Source: the human T2T-CHM13v2.0 reference genome, Homo sapiens. Taken from it: a DNA stretch of 64,000 bases. The stretch lies in the NCBI RefSeq assembly GCF_009914755.1, contig NC_060932.1. One strand, given 5' to 3'. The first letter of the stretch is position 1, and every line of letters begins with the position of its first letter. A program made the translations under genes and the position numbers. Positions 15,822-29,914 of this stretch are shown here, in pieces. The notes beneath the pieces are model-generated. The model did not search any database. It worked only from the letters and a program-made list of their open reading frames with translations, and was not told the DNA's origin.

Positions 15822-16134
15822 GTAGTATTTGCATATACCCTATGCACATTTCCCATATACTTTATTTTTTAAAGAAATTTGTATTTCCATAGGTTATTGG
15901 GGAGCAGTTGGTGGTTGGGTACCTGAGTACGTTCTACTGGTATACTTTAAATCATCTCTAGATTACTTATAATACTTCATAAAAGGTAAATGATATGAGT
16001 AGTTGTTATTTTGTGGTTTTGGTTCCTATTATATTTATTGTTGTGTTGTTATTTTTATTCCTTTTTTCCAAATAGTTTTTATCTGTGGCTAGTTTGGTAT
16101 GGTTTATGAATGCACAGATATGCAGGGCCGACTG
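15822..16134 (+). mobile_element. MER2 (Tigger) fragment lacking its 5' end
   Basis: GTAGTATTTGCATATA...TATACTTTAAATCATCTCTAGATTACTTATAATAC...GGGCCGACTG followed by TA. Confidence 0.85.
15865..15940 (-). mobile_element. Extremely 5'-truncated L1 (L1PB-type) 3' tail
   Basis: TTTCCATAGGTTATTGGGG...TGAGTA; TSD TATACTTTA at 15856-15864 and 15941-15949. Confidence 0.75.
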
Positions 16135-16579
16135 TATTAGTTTCCCAGGGCTGCCATAGTGAAGTGGGTGGCTTAAAACAACAAACGTATTCTCTCTCAG
16201 TTCTGGAGGCCAGAAGCCCAAAATAGAGGCATCAGCAGGGTTGGTTCTCTCCAAGCGCTCTGAAGGAGAACCCGATGGAAGAGCCACATCACCCTCCTCC
16301 CCTCCCGTTGGTTGCTGGCAATCCTCAGCAGGCTTTGACTTGTAGCTGCATGACCCCAATCCCTGCCTTTGCTGTCACATGGCATCTCCTTGTGTCTCTT
16401 CTCCTCTTCTTATAAGGACAACAGTCATATCGGATTAAAGGCTTACCCTCTTCCATTATAACCCCATCTTGACTAATTACATCTGCAATGACCCTATTTC
16501 CAACTAAGGTCTCTTTCTGAGGTACCGAGTGTCAAGTCTTCATCATGTCTTTTTGTGAAACACAATTCAACTCATAACA
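16133..16579 (-). mobile_element. MLT1B/C MaLR solo LTR
   Basis: TGTATTAGTTTCCCAGGGCTGCC...CTTATAAGGACAACAGTCAT...CACAATTCAACTCATAACA. Confidence 0.9.
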
Positions 16580-19570
16580 ATAACGTCTCTGTGAGATCTC
16601 ACAGATCTCCTGGATGATCTTCTCTCCTCCCAAACCTGTACTCTTCAGGAATACCACTCCCTGTTAATCCCAGAAGGAATGGAGCCAACAGAGATCACCC
16701 CTCTGTAACCCAAGAACTCCATATGTTCCACCATCCCTTCCATCAATTTGTACCCATGGGATAGTACTGCTGCCCCACCATATGCACTGGAGTTGTTTTT
16801 CTGCAGCAGGTGCGATGCTTTTCACGGCTGTATCCATCCTCTCCTCCCCAGATACCCTGCAACCACCCATGGCCTGCATCTGTAGAATGAGAGCCAGCGA
16901 GCTATGCTCCCTCTGACACTATGAAGGAGTTTGGTTTGATGATAAAAGCCTACAAGAAAATGCAAGCCTTGTTCCAGCAGCACAATGTGGTCAGATTTTT
17001 TTTTTTTTTTTGGCCTTCTAGGACCCTCAGACTCACTTAAATGAGAAGGGGACCCTAGTTTTACCATGCATGTTAAAGTTAGGATATTATGCCAAACTTC
17101 TAACTGCCCTGAAGTGGACAGTGTGTAAATGATGGGATAAAGGGAGGGGGGAAGGAATTGAAGGAGGTCCCAGGAAGCTATGCTGGGGCAGTGAGGAAGC
17201 TTGACCTTGTCAAAGAAACAAATAAACCCCTAGGAAAAATCAGTGGGATAAACTCTTAAGAGGCTGATTTTGAGAGAACAAGGATGAAGGAGAGTCAATG
17301 ACAACCATCCACACTGGAAGATACCCATGAAGAAGTGGGGGATAAAATCCACCAGCTTCTGCATTGTGAGCCTCACCAGCTGGGACACAACTTTGCTCTA
17401 TGGTCTTTGAATGGAAAGACCATGGTAAGAGCAGCTAAGTGCTCGGTTCTAAAAATGTTGAAGACTGTAGAACATCAAAATGGCCCTGTAGCCAGGCAGA
17501 TCATTACCAGGGAAATTCTAGTAATAGCGACCAAGAGACCCATCCAGGAAAAGTCACCTTTAACACAGGTCATAGGAAACAGCATTAGCTGGGGGCTGTA
17601 TGGCTCTGGGCCTATACCACTAGCTTGAGCCTCCATGGCCTCATCTGTAAAACAGGGACATGTGAAATCCTCAAAAGTCCTCTCCCAAACTTACAGACCC
17701 TGCATGTGGCCCCAGGGATGGAAATTGAGGAGAAATTTTCTTCTAGCACCTTTTCCAACCTGCTCTCTCATTTGTTTTCTCTTAGCAAGCCTCCCACCTT
17801 GTCGCACCAGCTGTGGGTTTCTTGTTAGAGCTCCAACCTCATAAATACCTCCATGGCCAGAAATTGTTTCTCTAAAAATGTAATATGCATGCAAACTCAA
17901 CATGTGAAACCCCACAACAATTGAATTCTTCTGTACCCCAAAATCAATTGTCAAAGTGCACATAAAATTACAACAGTGCTAAGCTTTCCATAATGAGGTG
18001 ATTGTGCTAAGCGAGCATCTGATTTAAGAAGTGGCTCAGCAGTACAGGGCTTCGTGGCATCATCTAATCAGGCTGCAGCAGGAAACATGCTAGCTTCCAA
18101 GTGAGCAGACCGCAGTGGAGGGGTGAGCAGGCACCATGCCAGTCTGGAGGTGTGGTGGGGAGGAGTTGGGCTCACGAGTGAGGAGGCACTCCCTGATTCA
18201 GGCCCCCCCAGTCTTCAACCTCTTCCCCCACCAAGAAAAATGGAAATTAAAGCTTTGAGGACAGAGAGGGAGCAAGAGAGGGGAGGCATAAATAAAAAGA
18301 GGGCAAGCAGGGTGAGAGGGCTGCAGAGATGAACACAGATGACCGGCAGGAGTGAAGGTCTGCTCCGTGGACAGAGACAAGCTGCTCTGACATCTGAGCT
18401 TGGCACTGGATAGACCTTGGCTAGAGGCACAGCTCAGCCCTGGAGGGTCAGAGTCTGTCCTTTGTCCTCCTTTGCAGGAAAGGAGATAGGCCCAGAGCGA
18501 CGGGATAGGTGTTAGCCATGAAGGAGCTGGGAGTCACCCTAAGTCTCTTCACACCCGGACACATTTTCCCACCTGCTTGTCATTTTCCAAAATGCTGCTA
18601 TTACTTTAGCTTTTCCAGTGCAATTTTTGGGTCACACTGGGCTCTCTCCCTCTGTTTCCTCCTTTATAGAGCAAATATGCCCTAGAGGAGTAACTCTTCA
18701 TACCTTGGTAGCACTAGCATGTGGGAGAAGAGGGGTAGACATCCTGGAGGTAAACATGCATCCTCAGGCATGGATGTATTATCTACATCTCAAGGGCCAG
18801 ACACTGAGCAAGGGGTAAGTGCAATGCAGGGATGGTGGCATGGCACCTCCTGATCTAGTGTAGAAGAGGATGATAACCCCACACACCCAGCACTGAGTGT
18901 GTGTGTGTGTGCCAGTAGGGAGTGCTCAAGGTGAAGGGCAGGAGGGAGGAACAGAGCGGGGCCCATTTCTCAGGGCAAGAGGACTTCTGAGCAGAGTCTT
19001 GAAAGAACTACAAGATTTAGCAAAGAGAAGAAAGGAAGAGAAAAAGTATCTGCAAATGCACGGAGGCCAAGAAACAGTGACCTGTTTGAAGACAGATGAG
19101 AGGTTCTGAATGGCTGGAATAGAATTTGGCATCTGGAGAAGCAGCAAGAATTGAGGTGGGAAAGGTCGAGACACAGCTGACACCACCTGACTCAATGAAT
19201 GTTCAGGTGGAATGGAAAGGTCTTTCCTGGCCCAGATAGTTTCCAAGTTCCAAGAATCTTCCCTAGGATTCACTGAAATCTCAAAACAACCACTGCCTGT
19301 TAGCTTTGAGCCAGCCACCTCACTGATCAGAGACTTCCTGTCTCTCCGGAGCATCTTTCTCTCTCAAGAGTGTCTTTTGGGGATAATCAATGAGATCATT
19401 TCTGGGCAATCCACCTAAAAAGGGCTGGTGACTCACAACACTAGATAGTTGGGGAAGCCTGTGGTAAGGAAGATGCTGGAGGGAGTGGTAATAGTTATGG
19501 GTCTTCACTCTCTTGCCTGGAATCATGATTAATGTGCCAGTAGTTCAGTCTGAGTGAGCCTAAACATATA

Positions 19571-19831
19571 CAGATGCTCCTTGACTTACAGTGGGATTGC
19601 ATCCTGATTAGCCCATTGTAAGCTGAACATATTTACATCAGAATGCATTTAATATGCCTAACCAACTGAGCATCATAACTTAGCCTAGCCTACCTTAAAC
19701 GTGCTTGTAACACTGACATTCACCAACAGTCAGGCAAAATCATCTAACGCAAAGCCTATTTTATAATAAAGTGTTCAGAAGCTCATGTAATTTATGAATA
19801 CCATACCAAACGTGAAAAACAGAAAGGTTGT
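19571..19831 (+). mobile_element. MER47A (Tigger), 3'-truncated
   Basis: TA-CAGATGCTCCTTGACTTAC start; TAGCCTAGCCTACCTTAAACGTGCT. Confidence 0.85.
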
Positions 19832-19839
19832 GGGGCAAA

Positions 19840-20020
19840 TGAACCTGGGTTAGAATCTTAACTTCTCCAGTTATTATGGGTGTGGCTTCAGTTTCTTTAT
19901 CTGTAAAATCGGGATAATAACAATACCTTGCCTCACAGGATACCAGGAGGATGAAATAAAATAATAAATGCTAAGATCTTAGCACAGTGCCTGGCACAGA
20001 AAGATGCTGAATAAATATTG
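19840..20020 (+). mobile_element. MIR (with L2-like tail)
   Basis: CTTCAGTTTCTTTATCTGTAAAAT...AGCACAGTGCCTGGCACA. Confidence 0.75.
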
Positions 20021-20401
20021 GCCTAAAATACAAAACAAAAAAATTACAAGTCAAAGCACTTACCTAAGATGATTCTCAGGTCTCCTTTGAGATAAGCACA
20101 AGAATCTAGAACTTCAGGCTTTTACTGACTTCTAAGAAGAGGATGACCCCACCCCTTGGGAAGTTTTCCTTCCTGCTCAGAAGTGGTTGCTGGTGGAAGA
20201 GACTTTCCCCATATCAGGTCTGAATCTGGAAGGGAGATAACTCCAAAACCTGCCCAAGGACAGAGCAGGATTTAGAAAGGAGAAAGTTTCTTTGCCAAGC
20301 TCCCTCATAGAAATCCAGCAAGATAAAGCCCTTACCCAAATAGCAATTGACTACCAAAAAAATTTCAGACATTACAAACAACTGTCAAAAGTTGTCTGGC
20401 T

Positions 20402-20698
20402 GGCTGGGCACGGTGGCTCACATCTGTAATCCCAGCACTTTGGGAGGCCAAAGCAGACAGATCACCTGAGGTCAGGAGTTTGAGACTAGCCTGGCCAACA
20501 TGGTAAAACCCAATCTCTACTTAAAAATACAAAATTAGCTCGGTGTGGTGGTACATGCCTGTAATCCAAGCTACTTGGGAGACTGAGGCAAGAGAATCCC
20601 TTGAACCCCGGAAGTGGAGGTTGCAGTGAGCCAAGATCGCACAGCTGCCCTCCAGCCTGGGTGATAGGAGCATAACTCAGTCTCAAAAAAAAAAAAAA
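20402..20698 (+). mobile_element. Alu, AluSx/Sq
   Basis: Full dimer, GATCACCTGAGGTCAGGAG, A-tail. Confidence 0.95.
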
Positions 20699-21904
20699 GT
20701 TTGCCTGTCTGGCAGCATTATCTCCTGTTATTTACAGTAAGAAAACTGAGGAACATAGGAAGCAAGTGACCTTTCCTAACAATGCATGGCCAATGAGGGA
20801 CAGAATGCCAGGCATCTAACTGTTGGTATAGTTTCTCTTAGACTTCCATCTGGTTTCTGAAGTGGAAGTGTAGATCCTAGCAGGAGATGGAGGGGGACAT
20901 GGGGGAATGATTCTGTTTGTGGCTCAATGAGGCTATCTCAGGGGCCTGCCTTGGCCCTTGGCTGGGCAGAGTCTGCAGGTGAGCACAGTTGGCATATCCC
21001 ATGCCCAGATGTCACCAAGTCAGAGCACAGACATCTCTGGGGCAGGTGCCATTGGCCCAAGGACAGAAAGATAAGTTTGAGAACCTCTGGCAGTCACTTG
21101 GATTCTGACGGAATCATCTTTGAATTTTTGTAGGAGTTGGTGCTACGTCTTTAGCCCAACAGGGTACTGACCATCACTGCTGCACCCCAAGGCTGAATAC
21201 TTTTCCAGGAGGGTTTCTGTCAAAGACTAATACCACTCACCCTCCTTTCCCTCCCCCTCTCTGTTGTAGGTGGGGGGCACATTTAACTTATCATCTAAAT
21301 AAGAATCCTTTTAAGAGTGAAAGGAGGTGTCGCCTGGACCATCCAGGCAAGGGGCTCTCATCTTCAATCCCAATCCTACCAACCCTTAAGTTGAGATTGC
21401 TATCTAGGTGGGGGAAGCTGTCTTTGTGCTCAGATGCAATCACAGAGGAACCTATTCCAGATGAGAAGCAGGCAGCAGGAGAAACATTCTCATGGGCTAC
21501 ATGTCCTCTTGGGAAAGAAAGAACAAAAGAAGCTGTTTCAAAGATGGTGCTAGAGGGTAGAGGGGGAAGAACACGCTTCTGAAAAGTGTGAGTATCTCCA
21601 AAATACAAAACACTCAAATGAATGCCTCCCACCTGCTCTCCAAATAGACAGATTCTGCCCATCCTTCAAAACCCAGCTCATGCTCCTCCTCTGTTATGCC
21701 TCGAAAATCACCCAGGCACCAGGGAGCCTCCTCCTCAGGCCCCAGTTGTTCTCACTTTTTAGACCGTGGGACTTTATGGTTTCCCTTGTAATTTGCCTTA
21801 TCCAGTCATCTAATAATTTATCCTTGAGTATACCTTTTAACTTCTCTACTAGGAGGGCAGGGCAGTTTTATGGCTACCTTTTTGTAATAGGGTACATGTG
21901 GGTG

Positions 21905-22040
21905 TATGTAAAATATATACATATAATAATATATTATATGTAAGTCCACTAAATTTACATATATTCTACTAAATATGATATACATATAAGCATGTACATA
22001 TACATATATACATAGAGACACACTTATATATTCATATGCA
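21905..22040. repeat. (TA/CA)-rich low-complexity tract
   Basis: ATATATACATAT... directly visible. Confidence 0.8.
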
Positions 22041-24616
22041 TAAATGAAAGTAAGAATTAATGTTTAGATAGAGAGATGAACCTACTGGATATGTTTATCT
22101 CAAAAGAATCAAGGAGATATTCCCAGAGAACAAGAAGTCATTTACCTATTAATGGGTGATGGAATTTTCACTGTGGGAGTTTATAGGTTGAGCGGGGGCA
22201 TGATGTCTGTGCTTTTCACACCTACATCTTTGGTTTGGGGACTGGCATTGTGAGGATCTAACCAGGTGGCTTCATGAAGTCATTCCCATCTTGAGATATG
22301 GATAAACATAGGGGAAAAAGTAAAACCAAGGGAAATAACTAGCTACCAAGTGGGCAGCATTTCCAGGAATTAGTTGCTCACCCCTTTGCTAGGATGAGTC
22401 ATGGTTTTGGCAGTTGAGTCATTAGTGCCCGCTTGGGAAGCTTTTCCTTATTGATTTCTGCTAGGCTTCAGCCCCTTGCCAATCAACGGCTTGGAGACAG
22501 AAGACTGGACCCAGAGACTGGCTAACATTCCTTTTCAGATTTTTAAGATTCTGGGGATACTTTTCTAGGGATCTCCTATTCATTTAGGCAGAGATGAGTT
22601 GTTGTTTTTTTAAGCCTCCTGCCTCTCCCTAGCCTCTACCCACAGAAAGTAATGCCCATGCTTGCCGTCCCATCTTGAAAGCTTTCTTCCAAAGTTTAGT
22701 TACTAATTAGACATTATTTATACCCCAGAACACATGCACGTGTCATGCTGCTCAGCATGCTGTTCTCATGAGCTCCCTGGTACACCCGCTGTTCTTAAAT
22801 GTCCCCATCACTCCAGCTCTATACGCTGACTTTGACAGGCATCCCACCCTGTGAATCCTCTGTCTGAACAACTCTTCTAATTCATGTATGCCAGAACACA
22901 GTTACTCCAGCTCCATCCATCTTCCCAAGGGTCCTTTGTCACTGGTCGGTCGTGTGCTGGGGAAAGTCATGATTGAGATGCTTTCCTTCTCTCCTCCACT
23001 GAGGGAAGAGCCAGGTCAGTGAGCCCAGAAGGACAGAGCTCTCTGTGAGCCACATGAGGAGCCTCAGTAAGCCAGGAGACCTCAAGATAACACCCACCCA
23101 CCTAACCCTACCTCATCTACACACACAGCCTCATCAGAGTAATCCAGTACAATTTTTAAAAATCTATGTGATGATCTTTATGAGTCTAGCATCTGGTAAG
23201 GAAGTAGCCATAGATTATAATGCCTGTGACTCCAGCCTCAACTCTTGTCTTTCACACATGACTTCTCATTTAAAAGAACACCTTAATCAGCTGTAAAACA
23301 AAAGCCAAGGAGGTGTGCCAAGAGCTTGGAGAAAAAGAAAAAGTCTGACCTAGAATGTTGGAATAATTAAATCCACTGCTGCTCTTCCAAATTACAAATT
23401 GGAATCACCTGCTCAGGGTGTGCCCGGCTCACTCCATCCCTCCCCACTGCAGCCTGATTAAGGATTCCAGGCAACTGACTGGTGTTCCCAGACAAGCAAA
23501 AGTAAACTCCCTCATCTGCAAGCCAATTCACATAACAGATTCCCTAATAAGGCATGAGGAAAAGCTGCCCTGGCACATCTGTTTTGTCATGCATCTCCAG
23601 CAAATCCTGGGACAACAGGAGAGGCAGAGGCAATGCTGGTCCCAAATATACTCATCATATTTCAGTGAATGGACTCAGTGTTTAAGGCTTGGTCTCAACC
23701 ATTCAGATAGTATTGAGGATAGTTAGGTTCAGGTGCAGAATTCATTATGAAGTTATTTGATTCATTTCTCAAGCAAACATTTGCTAAACGTCTACAATGT
23801 GCCAAGCACTGGGTTAGGCACTGAGGATGTAGGGGAAGAGAAAGTCATAGAAAGAGGTCATTGCCACACACTGTGGGGGGTGCTACTGTAGAGGTTATTT
23901 GCCAATTTCTATAGGAATATACAGAGGTCAGGACCATCACTATCTAAGAAAGAAGGAAAAGATGAGGAGTCAAAGAAAGAGCCATAAGAAAGCAGTCTTG
24001 AAGGATAGAATCTGGGGAGCCATTATGAAACCTGAGTGGAAAAACTGGCTTGCAATAGATGAAAGTATCGTGTCTTCCCCTACACACTAGCAATACATAG
24101 TCATATGTTGGGGGTGGTGGTGCCTCATGGCACCAGAGCACTCTTTCTGCCTTCCTCCCAATACCATTTACCAGCTATTTACACTCTGTCCCTGGCTCCT
24201 CAAGGCCTTTAGAAACCCTGCTTTGCTCTAGTCAATGAAGATGGGCCAACCAAATGGATGGAGAGTGCGGCTTTGGGAATGACGCCTTGTCAACATCTCA
24301 CCTTTTCTGGTGTGCCTCAGTCTGGGGCCCACCTCCAGCTTCCTGAAAACCTTCTAACATCTCACTGCTCTCTCTCTCTACAAGAAGCGTCTCTTAACAC
24401 TCTTTGTACCTTTTTAGGTCAGAGACACCCAGCAATAAGTAGCAAAGCACCCAGCACAATGTCTAGCGGGTATTAGGGGCTCCACGTTTTAGTTAAAATT
24501 ATTTTTAAAAATAATGAAATTTTAGTTAAATTTTAGATAAAATTGTTTATCATATTCATTGGCTTATATTTATAGGTAAGAGAGGGGTACCTTTCTCTAG
24601 AAACCATCAGCTTTTG

Positions 24617-24664
<48 letters not shown>
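24617..24664. repeat. Compound microsatellite (TC)9(AC)15
   Basis: Directly visible. Confidence 0.95.
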
Positions 24665-24668
<4 letters not shown>

Positions 24669-25132
24669 ACACATAAAAAGTATCATATTTACATATAGGA
24701 CTGTTCAGATATTAGAACACATACAGTTATTTTCAATGCACTAAGCCACACAGATAAAAATCCTGGCCCTGTCTCTCTCTGGGAGCTTACAGACCAAATT
24801 CTGCTAGAATTCAGGATAGCATTCTGTGCATTCTCCCTCATAGAGTGAGAAGATGAATCTGCTAGGGAAGGAAACACCTCCACACTCAGCAAATCAAGAG
24901 CAAGAACCATCTGTGTTTTCCAGAAGGTCCCAGCAAAATGTAAGAACAAGAGAATCTTTTGACATTTCACATTTCTCTTCCCTGGGAGAAGGCTGAATGG
25001 AAGTTCTTGGATACATATATGTTTAGCTATCTTAGATCCACAGGGAAGCTATGGGAACAGTAAAAGAGCCAGATGAGGGGGATCTTCATACTCGTAGCTG
25101 GGTTGGTTTGAAGGATCAGAAAAAGACCAGCC

Positions 25133-25179
25133 TGAGACTGTAAAGGACCAAGTGAGACTGTAAAGGACCAAGTGAGACT
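25133..25179. repeat. 20 bp perfect tandem duplication
   Basis: TGAGACTGTAAAGGACCAAG x2 plus TGAGACT. Confidence 0.95.
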
Positions 25180-25719
25180 CTAGACCAGGCATGGGAATAA
25201 GTGGCTGTCAGGAAAGAGATCATCTCAGTGGGAGGAATTCGGTTAGACTCCTTTAGCCTGGTCACTGACCATCAATAAAATGGGAATGATGAAACCCGCA
25301 AAGGAGGTGAGGATTCTTCTCAACTGGCAAAACAAACCACTATCTATCCTTGACCTTTGATCCTTAAATGATGAGATCTCAAAAACTTCTCAAGGTAGTA
25401 GCATGGAACCACCTCTGTATCCTTCATTTTATAATCATAAAGTTTGCCATTTGCAAATATCTCACATTTAAACTTGTTTTCCTTTTGCATAAAACATCTA
25501 ATTAATCATATTAAAATATTTCATGGGTTACTTTTAAGAAAAGCCTACCAAACTGATATAGAGGATATTAAAGAATCATATAATCTTATCCAATTATATG
25601 TGTATAGATGTGAAAACCTGAAAAAAAGGGCTCATTTTCTTGAAAAACATAAATTACTAAAGTAAATTACAGAGGAGACACACCACTTAAACCCATCATT
25701 TACCAAAGAAGAAATTTGA

Positions 25720-26193
<474 letters not shown>

Positions 26194-26674
26194 AGAAATT
26201 GATTTTTTTTTTAATGTCAAGAAGCTCTTGCAAGAAAAAAAATAATGCCAAAGTGTTTCACAAAATAATTGTCTACCATGTAACTAACATGTATCTCCAG
26301 TACTATTTTAAATTGCTCAATATGTTTAGAACAAAAGATCACTTCCAAATTACTTTTATAAAGTTAGAATAGCATTAATAGTAAAACCTGACAAATCAAA
26401 TACAAAGTAAACCGGCAAACTACTTTCATTTGATGAATATCAGTGTGTACATTCTACATGAAAGAATAATGCAGAGAATCGGGCAAAAGACCAAAAGAAT
26501 AATTATCCATGAATAAATGATGTATATTCCAAAAATGCAAAGATAGTTTGACTCTATTAATTGGCCATATCAGATGAAAAGAGAACCTCCATAAATATCT
26601 ATCAGATATTAAAACATATTACAAAGCTATGGCAATTAATACATTACGGTACCAAATCAAAAATAAGTTTATCA

Positions 26675-26968
<294 letters not shown>

Positions 26969-29583
26969 AGAATAAGTGTATCAATAAAACAGAGTATAGA
27001 ATCCACAAATATATCCAAATACACTTAAAAATGTAGTATGTAATAAATGTGGTTTCACATATTAGTAAAGATGGATGAGTCAATAAATTGTATTCACAGA
27101 ATAGCCATCCAACAAAAAATGAAAGTTACAATCCCTAGCTTATACCCTATAGAATAATCAGCACATTAAATACAAAATATGGAATCACAAATGTACCAGA
27201 AGAAAACATTAGTTTTTAAAAAATAATCTCAACTTGGCAAAGCCATTAAAAAAAGACTGTAGTACAATTATGATTTATCAAGATAAATTTTGCTACATTA
27301 ATTTCAACTTTTTCTCAGTAACAAAAGTACTATAAAAAATTAAAAGAAAAATGACATGTAAAATATCAGAAATATTTATCCAAACAAATATACAATGAAC
27401 TCCCACAAATCAGTAAAGCACCAAAAACTCAATATGAAAATATACAAAGACTGATGTATAGAAAAAATTATGAATAGCTCCTAAATAAAAAGTATTCAGC
27501 CCCACTCCTAATAAGGGTAGTACAATGGAATCTCAATAATAAACCATGTTTACATCTATCATATTAGCCACAAATAAAACACATAATAACACTATTTGGC
27601 AAGATTAGGACAAACCAGCTGTTTTCATGAATTCTAAGTCATTGTGCAAGTTTATGACATTTTGAAGGGCAATTTTATGATATTTATAAAAGTTAAAATG
27701 CATTTATCTTTTGAGCCAATGATTCATTACTAAACCTACTCTGCAGAGTAACATGCTCATGCAAAATTAATGAATATGTTGGATGATTAATCATAGCATC
27801 TTTTGCAACAGGCAAAGATTGAAAAAAAAATCTAAACACCCACAAGAAGGGCACTGGCTAAATAAATAGTACCGTATTACAATGAAATATTATGTAGCCA
27901 TTAAAACAACAAGACACTTTTATAATTAACTATATGATAAAAACTTAAGGTACATTTTTAGTTTTAAAAAACAAGGTGCATCTTTTTCATTATTGTCCTA
28001 TAAATCCTAGCTAATGTAATAACACAAGAAAAGGATATAAAAGAGATACAGATTGGGAGGAGAGGCTTCAAGATGCCTGACTAGACATCTGGTACCCACC
28101 TCCTCCATAAAGAAGGACTAAAATAGCAAGTAGATACTTAGACTTCAACTAGATCATCTAAAGCATGGTCTATTCAACAGATAACTCACAGAGAAGTAAA
28201 AGAAAACACGTAAGGTGAGAAAGGAGAGGAGAGTGAGATGGCCTACTCTACTGGGATCTGCTGGGAGCCTAGAGAGGCTCCCCAGTGCAGAAAAGGAGGA
28301 AATGAATGACCTCCAGTACTCTACATTTCCACCATGGACTCCTGCAGTCCGAGCCACAGGGGAGGCTCATTACATGAGGGCCCTAAGACTAACATAGGCA
28401 GTTGCCTGGATACAACACAACAGCATTTAAGGGAGCTCAAACTGGGTCCTACACTCCCCCAAGTCCAAAGCAGCTACAGCACAGCACCATTTTGAGAGCC
28501 TAGCACTCACCAAACTGCATCTGCCCTACGGCCCAATAGTCTCTGCATCTTCAGATCCCTGGAGACTCACTGACATCCCCTACCCCCAGCTGGACACCAC
28601 TGCTGGCTGCTGCTACCAGGGCTGAAGAGTGTCATTGGTAGCAACTCCACCACTCACGGTAGCAGGACTACTATGCATTTAAAAGCATTCTGAGGAAATA
28701 TTAACCTGCTTATAGCCACCAGTGAGGGCTGAAGTGTGCACTTCCAAGCCACCTATTTATGGCTGTTGACAAAGAAAGCACCCTGCCCTCCCAGCAACAG
28801 GGCCTTAGTATAGCCGCTGCTCCCACCCAGGCATTCTCTCAGGGGCCTGTGGATCACCCTGCTCCTGCCTACTACAGCACAGCCAGTGTCCACACATACC
28901 ACTGGGGGGCCTAGGGACAGAGGAAGTGAATACATTCTTGGGTGCGTACATCCTATGAAGATTGAATCAGGAAGAAATAGAGAACCTGGACAGAACAATG
29001 ACAAGTAATGAGATTTAATCAGTAATAAAAAGCCTCCCAAAAAAGCAAAGTCCAGAAATGGATGGCTTCATTGCCAAATTCTACCAACGTTACAAAGAAG
29101 AATTCACAATGAGTCTCCTCAAACTATTTCCAAAAATTGAAGACGAAGAAATTCTCCCAAACTCATTCCATGAGGTGAGAATTTCCCAAATGCCAAAACC
29201 AGACAAGGATACAACAACAACAAAAGATACCTACAGGCCAATGTCCCTGATGAACACGGACACAAAATCAGTTTATCAGAAAGATAATACACCATGAAAA
29301 AGTGAGATTTATCCCAAGGATGCAAAGATGGTTCAACATATGCAAATCCATAAACACAATACATCACATCAACAGAATGAAAGGCAAAGACCATAGGATC
29401 ATCTCAATAGATGCAGAAAGAAAGCATTTGATAAAATTCAATGTCCCTTCATGATAAACACTCTCAACAAACAGCACAGAATGAACATACCTTAACATAA
29501 TAAGGGCCATATATAATAAGCCCACCTCTAACATCATACTGAAGGGACAAAAGCTGAAAGTCTTTCTTCTAAGAACTGGAACA

Positions 29584-29914
<331 letters not shown>

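Noticed and set aside
17880-18100. AT-rich, homeobox-motif-like unique stretch (similar ones at 23340-23620 and 60220-60480)
   Set aside because: Enhancer-like by impression only; conservation cannot be judged from one sequence
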